Shown one piece after another: positions 59,501 through 64,000 of a stretch of 64,000 nucleotides of DNA. Position 1 is the stretch's first letter; every line of letters begins with the position of its first letter. The position numbers and the translations under genes are program-made. The notes beneath the pieces are model-generated. The model was given only the letters and a program-made list of their open reading frames with translations. It was not told where the DNA came from and did not search any database. Source of the DNA: Podarcis cretensis (lineage: Eukaryota); contig OX638149.1 in the NCBI GenBank assembly GCA_951804945.1, forward strand, positions 92,504,001-92,568,000, read 5' to 3'.

Positions 59501-62500
59501 GCGCTCCATCCACTTAGCTGAATCTGCAGTTTCAATAAAATATCAGTTACAATACTAACCACAAGAGGGTACTCCTGCTCTATTTGTAATGTCATGCAAG
59601 GCCCATTGAACTGTGGAGATGGGAACCAAGAAAGTTGTTCAGTTCTCCTTAACAGCAACTAAGGTAGCTTTCATCTGTCATAAATATCGCCCCAAAGTAG
59701 CATCTCAACAGTGTTTGTCAGAAGTGACACTGGCAAAAAATAAGAAGTACCCATGGCTCAGTGTCTTGCATATTTAATGCTACAGGTTCAATCCTAGGTA
59801 TATTCAGTTATTAAAAAAAAAAATCTGATATCATGGCAAAAAGAGACCTGGGGGAGCCACTTTGAACCAGGATAGACAATATTGGATGGGACAAACCACT
59901 GATCAGACTCAGCTTCCTATGGTGAAAAAATACAACCATATTTATTGTCCCCAATCCAAAGAAGATGATGAATGTACTGTTGTTATGATGTTATAGTATT
60001 GGCTGGTAAGGCTTTGTGTCCCCACCCACCATCCTTGGGAATATGCAGAGATCTCATCTTGCTTTCTCATGAGGCCCGGACCTAAGAAATGTTTTGCATA
60101 CACTATAGCAAAAGAGCAGACCCCTGGTTCTCAGACACAAGCCAACTATATCTCTTCTGTAATGTTTGAAAGGTATTAGTATGCCATTAAATTGGCTTGA
60201 GGCTTCTGGCTGCAATTCATGGTTCCCAGGAACTGATCAGATGTGCAGTGATCCCTGCCAACTATACAGAAAAGACATGATCAACAAATGGAAGAATGCT
60301 AGGACTGTCCTGGCCCCTAATACTCCGTGTTCTGTCACAAATATATAGCTGAATTACTAAATTTGTGTTTAGTGAAACATTGATTCCAACACAAAGGTAG
60401 TTAAGTGGATTTCTCAACCTCCTCCTACTCCTGTACTTTTGCTGGGTAGTTTTGCTGTGAATAATCCTATAGTGAATGACATGGGGGAAGCTTCTTGTTA
60501 AATAGCCTGGTGTTTCTTTTTCTGTAGATACGTTTACCTGAAATGTTAAAACATTCTATACTTCAAATGGATTGACTATTGATCTTACTGGAACTTGACT
60601 GGAAATCTGATGCTTCAAGCAAGCTCAGGCAGATATACTGGCAAACAAGGCATGTCAAAAGTTTCTCACCTGTCTACTCCACCCAAACAGGCTGCCCTAC
60701 CTACATAGTTATCAAATCTATATGCAATCCTGTTTAAAGATGTTGCTTTTCTAGTTCCATACCAGTGTCATACATCCAAAGAGGATTCTTTCTCAGTGTG
60801 AAAGCAGAATCCACCATTCCACCAAAGATATAGAGGATACCCTGAAAGTAAAATAATGATGTTCTTGTAAAACATACTTGTATCTTCCAAAGTCAAATGC
60901 AATCAAGTGAATTCATTGTAAATTTCAAATCACAATCTAAGCTGCACTCCAGCAACAGACATATGGAAGGAGTAATGGTCCCATGCACCATGCTCTACAT
61001 ATACATACCCCCCCAAAGAAGCTAAAACCATACTCCAGTCCGGCCTGCAACGAATCCTCAGAAGTGAATGTTGTATGTTTCAATGGAGAGAGGCGCAGAA
61101 TGGGCTATGCCAACTTTTGTGATTGCAAGCACACTTAAATATTGAACACACAGAATTAAATCCAAAAGGCTTGCTTACTAAGGCAAATCCCACTAGCCAC
61201 TTCAGGGGGATAGTACTGTGGTCACAGAACATTTATTACAATATTTGTTGACAATGAACCTTTCTGCAAGGTGTTAAAGCCTACAGCCAGAGTGGAGAAC
61301 CCTTTTCAGCCCGAGGCTACATTCCCTCGTGAGCAACTTTTGGGAACCACATGCCAGTGGTGCTGAGAGGGCAAAGCCAGTGGGGCAATGGATTTGACAG
61401 GAGGGCTACATTCCTGTAATGCAAAATGCCAGGCAAGCAAGAGGCATTATCATGGGGAAAAGAAAGACAGGGCACGGAGCAGTGCCAGTGAGGGGAGAGG
61501 GCTAAGAGAGCTTAAGTGCCAGATAAAAAAGGTAAGGGGACCCCTGACCATTAGGTCCAGTCATGACCAACTCTGGGGTTACGGCGCTCATCTCGCTTTA
61601 TTGGCTGAGGGAGCTGGCATACAGCTTCCGGGTCATGTGGCCAGCATGACTAAGTAAGTGCCAGATAGAGTGGCCCAAATGTGAGTTTCCTCATGCTTGG
61701 CCTGTAGGAATGACAAAAATATTTTAAATACACTATTGTTGGGGGTATCTATAATGTCTACTGAACAAATAATAATTTTGAGGCACATCTTTTAAGGGGG
61801 CTGTGCAAATTGATTTGTGGGACATATACTTGGGGCTGATTTGAAATGTTATGTTACCTCCACAGAGGCTGCAGAAACACATCAGGTGTAACATTTAAAA
61901 TGGGTAGTGTCAGCAGTCACAAAGATAACTGAGGAACATGGCAGATGCTGCACATACTAAGCAGACACACAAGATAAGATGTTTTTAAAGTGTCTGCTTG
62001 CCAGCCAGAGCACCACATAGATGTGCTTTTTGACAGCTTCCACATAGGCCAGCTGTAAGGTTTCTAATATTTAAATCAACCCTAGTAGGTAAAAATAAAT
62101 TGAATAACGTTACTGAAAGGAATGTCCTCCTACAGCTGACTGGCTGTTTCATTGTCATTCCCTCTCAACGAAACAACCTTGTCACTAACAGAGAACAATA
62201 TGCCAAAAAAAGCCACCTGCAAAAAAACCATGGTACTCTGTTCCTTATTTCACCTAAAAGGAGAACAGCAAACCAAATGCTTGTTCACCTTATTTCACCT
62301 AAAAGGAGAACAGCAAACTATCATCTTACTCCAATAATAACACTACCCACTCACTAATTTAGTTAAAGAAAAACAACAACCATACATATGTTTGCAAGTG
62401 TGTGTTTGTTCAATCACACTTTGTATTTATAGGTTTATGTCTCAAAAATGTGATCAGTGAAAGGAGGCCCTCAAAGAACACAGTAGCAGAACCTCTCTAG

Positions 62501-63459
62501 GAAAGAAGGGTTGTTCCCTCCCCTTCTAGAGTTCTTTCTGCTAACAACAGTTACCTGACCTGTAGGAATACAAGTGTTACACATACCCAGCAGTTTCTCG
62601 GGGGGGGGGGCTGGATATTTTTGCTGCTGCAGAAAGAAGAGAATAGAGATTCTTACCCTGAAGCAGAAGTCTGAGCCGACCAGGAAACTAAACTACAGAA
62701 CAGCACCAGCCACACAGACTATAATGGGGAAATGACAGGTGGAATCTAGACACATATACAAAACACTGTGAAAATGCTTTTTTAAGAAGTGTCTTGAAAA
62801 ATATATTGAATTTGCCATAAGCTCACCATCTAGTGTCACATTTGTATAATGCACTTAAAATACACTTAAAACATTATATTTGCAGCTGTATAGCTGAGTC
62901 CACAGTAGCAAAGAAGAACTAGTTATTGTATTGTACAGGACTAAATCAATTCAAACCATAAAGAAGGCTGATCGCCGAAGAATTGATGCTTTTGAATTAT
63001 GATGCTGGAGGAGATTCTTGAGATTCCCATGGACTGCAAGAAGATCAAACCTATCCATTCTTAAGGAAATCAGCCCTGAGTGCTCACTGCAAGGACAGAT
63101 CCTGAAGCTGAGGCTCCAATACTTTGGCCACCTCATGAGAAGAGAAGACTCTCTGGAAAAGACCCTGATGTTGGGAAAGGTGGAGGGCACAAGAAGAAGG
63201 GGACAACAGAGGACGAGATGGTTGGACAGTGTTCTCGAAGCTACAAACATGAGTCTGACCAAACTGCGGGAGGCAGTGGAAGACAGGAGTGCCTGGTGTG
63301 CTCTGGTCCATGGGGTCACGAAGAGTCGGACACGACTAAATGACTAAACAACAACAAGAACAAATCAATTCAAACTTGCCTGATAATCCACCATTGTGTG
63401 CTCCTCCAGTTCTTCAGGGCCATCTTCTGAGTTTTCCAGTCTCTCCCATTCATTATTCT
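53636..63459 (-). CDS. Uncharacterised Kelch-repeat beta-propeller protein (LZTR1-N/KLHDC-like repeats), 5'-partial, six exons in window
   Basis: Exons 63459-63380, 60841-60763, 59523-59477, 56986-56866, 55661-55481 and 54347-53636 join in phase (1220 nt, ~405 aa). Repeated P-x(2-5)-H-[ST]...[YL]-x-[FY]-G-G...W motifs: EEHTMVDYQGILYIFGG, RKGHSAVVHKGIMYMYGG, RHGHSAVVHGNNMYLFGG, VGHSALIFEDSMLLFGG. Confidence 0.9.
54767..55008 (-). mobile_element. Squam3-type SINE (young, (CTT)n tail)
   Basis: Minus-strand tRNA head TGTGGTGTAATGG / GGTTCGATTCCCC, core GTGACCTTGGGCTAGTCAC, (CTT)n tail. Confidence 0.82.
55481..55661 (-). CDS. Kelch gene exon
   Basis: cttcag|NKKQWTPAVSYGGSPGPRHGHSAVVHGNNMYLFGGLMGLSEQKDFWKWDFMAANWSSIRT|gtaaaa, 181 nt. 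Confidence 0.92.
56526..56570. repeat. (CA)n microsatellite, ~22 units
   Basis: Direct reading. Confidence 0.95.
56866..56986 (-). CDS. Kelch gene exon
   Basis: ctgcag|GPAPVNRKGHSAVVHKGIMYMYGGYVDLKGASQEFWTLCL|gtaagt, 121 nt. Confidence 0.9.
57072..57428 (-). mobile_element. Sauria SINE, full length, young
   Basis: Reverse complement nearly identical to 11401-11768; TSD C-run+TTACTA on both sides (ending 57071 and 57441). Confidence 0.92.
57513..57727 (+). mobile_element. Tc1/mariner MITE, family A copy 3
   Basis: Same TIR and internal sequence as 450-691. Confidence 0.85.
58905..59104 (-). mobile_element. Tc1/mariner MITE, family A copy 4 (inverted, one end clipped)
   Basis: Reverse complement of family A; ends GAGGTACCACTG|TA. 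Confidence 0.82.
59477..59523 (-). CDS. Kelch gene exon
   Basis: ctgcag|DSAKWMERQLTAGESE|gtaaga, 47 nt; bridges phase 1 to 0 and supplies the blade Trp. Confidence 0.82.
60763..60841 (-). CDS. Kelch gene exon
   Basis: tttcag|GILYIFGGMVDSAFTLRKNPLWMYDT|gtatgg, 79 nt. Confidence 0.88.
61526..61654 (-). mobile_element. 5'-truncated Sauria SINE
   Basis: Sauria SINE 3' part with 13-bp TSD TAAGTGCCAGATA (61513-61525, 61655-61667). Confidence 0.8.
62243..62318. repeat. 31-bp perfect direct repeat, period 45
   Basis: CCTTATTTCACCTAAAAGGAGAACAGCAAAC at 62243-62273 and 62288-62318. Confidence 0.9.
62957..63361 (+). mobile_element. BovB/RTE LINE, 5'-truncated 3' end
   Basis: IKKADRRRIDAFEL*CWRR...PWTARRSNLSILKEISPECSL...YFGHLMRREDSLEKTLMLGK...VHGVTKSRTRLND*; (CAA)n tail; 14-bp TSD AAATCAATTCAAAC (62943-62956, 63362-63375). 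Confidence 0.93.
63380..63459 (-). CDS. Kelch gene exon, followed by a GC donor
   Basis: ttctag|xNNEWERLENSEDGPEELEEHTMVDYQ|gcaagt, 80 nt. Confidence 0.82.
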
Positions 63460-64000
63460 CTAGAAAGTGTTTTGATTAAGATTGTCAAGGTGTGAAAGGG
63501 ACCCATGAAATCACCTAACCTGTCTTTCTCCCAACATGGAGCAGTTATTTATATCAAGCTCTGTTAAAATTCCACAGAGATTAAGCAAGTAAAACATGGA
63601 CTGTCATCCTCTGTGATGCATTGAAGTGGATACCTATGGGTCCCTGTGTATTAGAAAACAAGGCAAGAGCTTCAGCTCTATGGACAAGTTTCACAATGGC
63701 CAGTCTGCAGCGCTGGAAAATACTGGCTCCATCTGCTTGCACTACTCTCCAACAAGACTTGTCTGTTAAAAAGGATGTATGTTACTGGACAAGCGCAGTC
63801 TCGGTTTGCATTTTATTGAGTCTCTCTCAAACAGTTGCTGGCCACAGACAAAACACATGGCTGAGGCAGAAAATGCACATCAGAAATATGGGCTGCCACC
63901 AAAACCAGTCACCACTTACCAAGTTTCATCCTTTCCCTCCATAAACATAGTTTAACTTGCTTAGCACGAGAATGCAATGAGACTTCCTGTCCCTCCAGTG

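Noticed and set aside
62243-62318. Repeat-spacer-repeat as a mini CRISPR array
   Set aside because: Only two units, a 14-nt spacer, in a vertebrate intron with no cas genes
62951-63343. Overlapping ORFs on both strands as host genes
   Set aside because: All derive from the BovB fragment, whose own frame has a TGG>TGA stop at 63000-63002
53636-63459. Assigning a gene symbol (LZTR1, KLHDC3/10, RABEPK) to the Kelch gene
   Set aside because: Only repeat-level similarity; no BTB domains and I do not recognise the sequence as any of them

Overview
Vertebrate genomic DNA, AT-rich and CpG-depleted, with one 149-N assembly gap. The repeat content (Sauria SINEs, a Squam3-type SINE with (CTT)n tail, BovB/RTE LINE, CR1, mariner/hAT MITEs) points to a squamate, most likely a lacertid lizard. 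The + strand carries nearly all of EPB41L5 (FERM/FA-domain protein, Yurt/Moe orthologue). I assembled it by hand from GT-AG boundaries and reading phase: 15 shared coding exons (1..24330), then either a short-isoform terminal exon (30154..30340, ends -VTDL) or 9 further exons (34959..47898, ends -LTTEL). About 12 N-terminal codons lie upstream of the window. The - strand carries the 3' six exons of a convergent, unnamed Kelch beta-propeller gene (63459..53636). It has a GC-AG intron whose donor overlaps the target-site duplication of a BovB insertion, and a last blade apparently split by a ~144-aa insertion. Almost all ORFs in the supplied track are intronic noise. I find no CRISPR, rRNA, tRNA or prokaryote-type system. 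The best leads are the uncharacterised Kelch gene, the splice-control architecture of the EPB41L5 alternative last exon, and an unclassified young CpG-rich insertion at 9801-10605.
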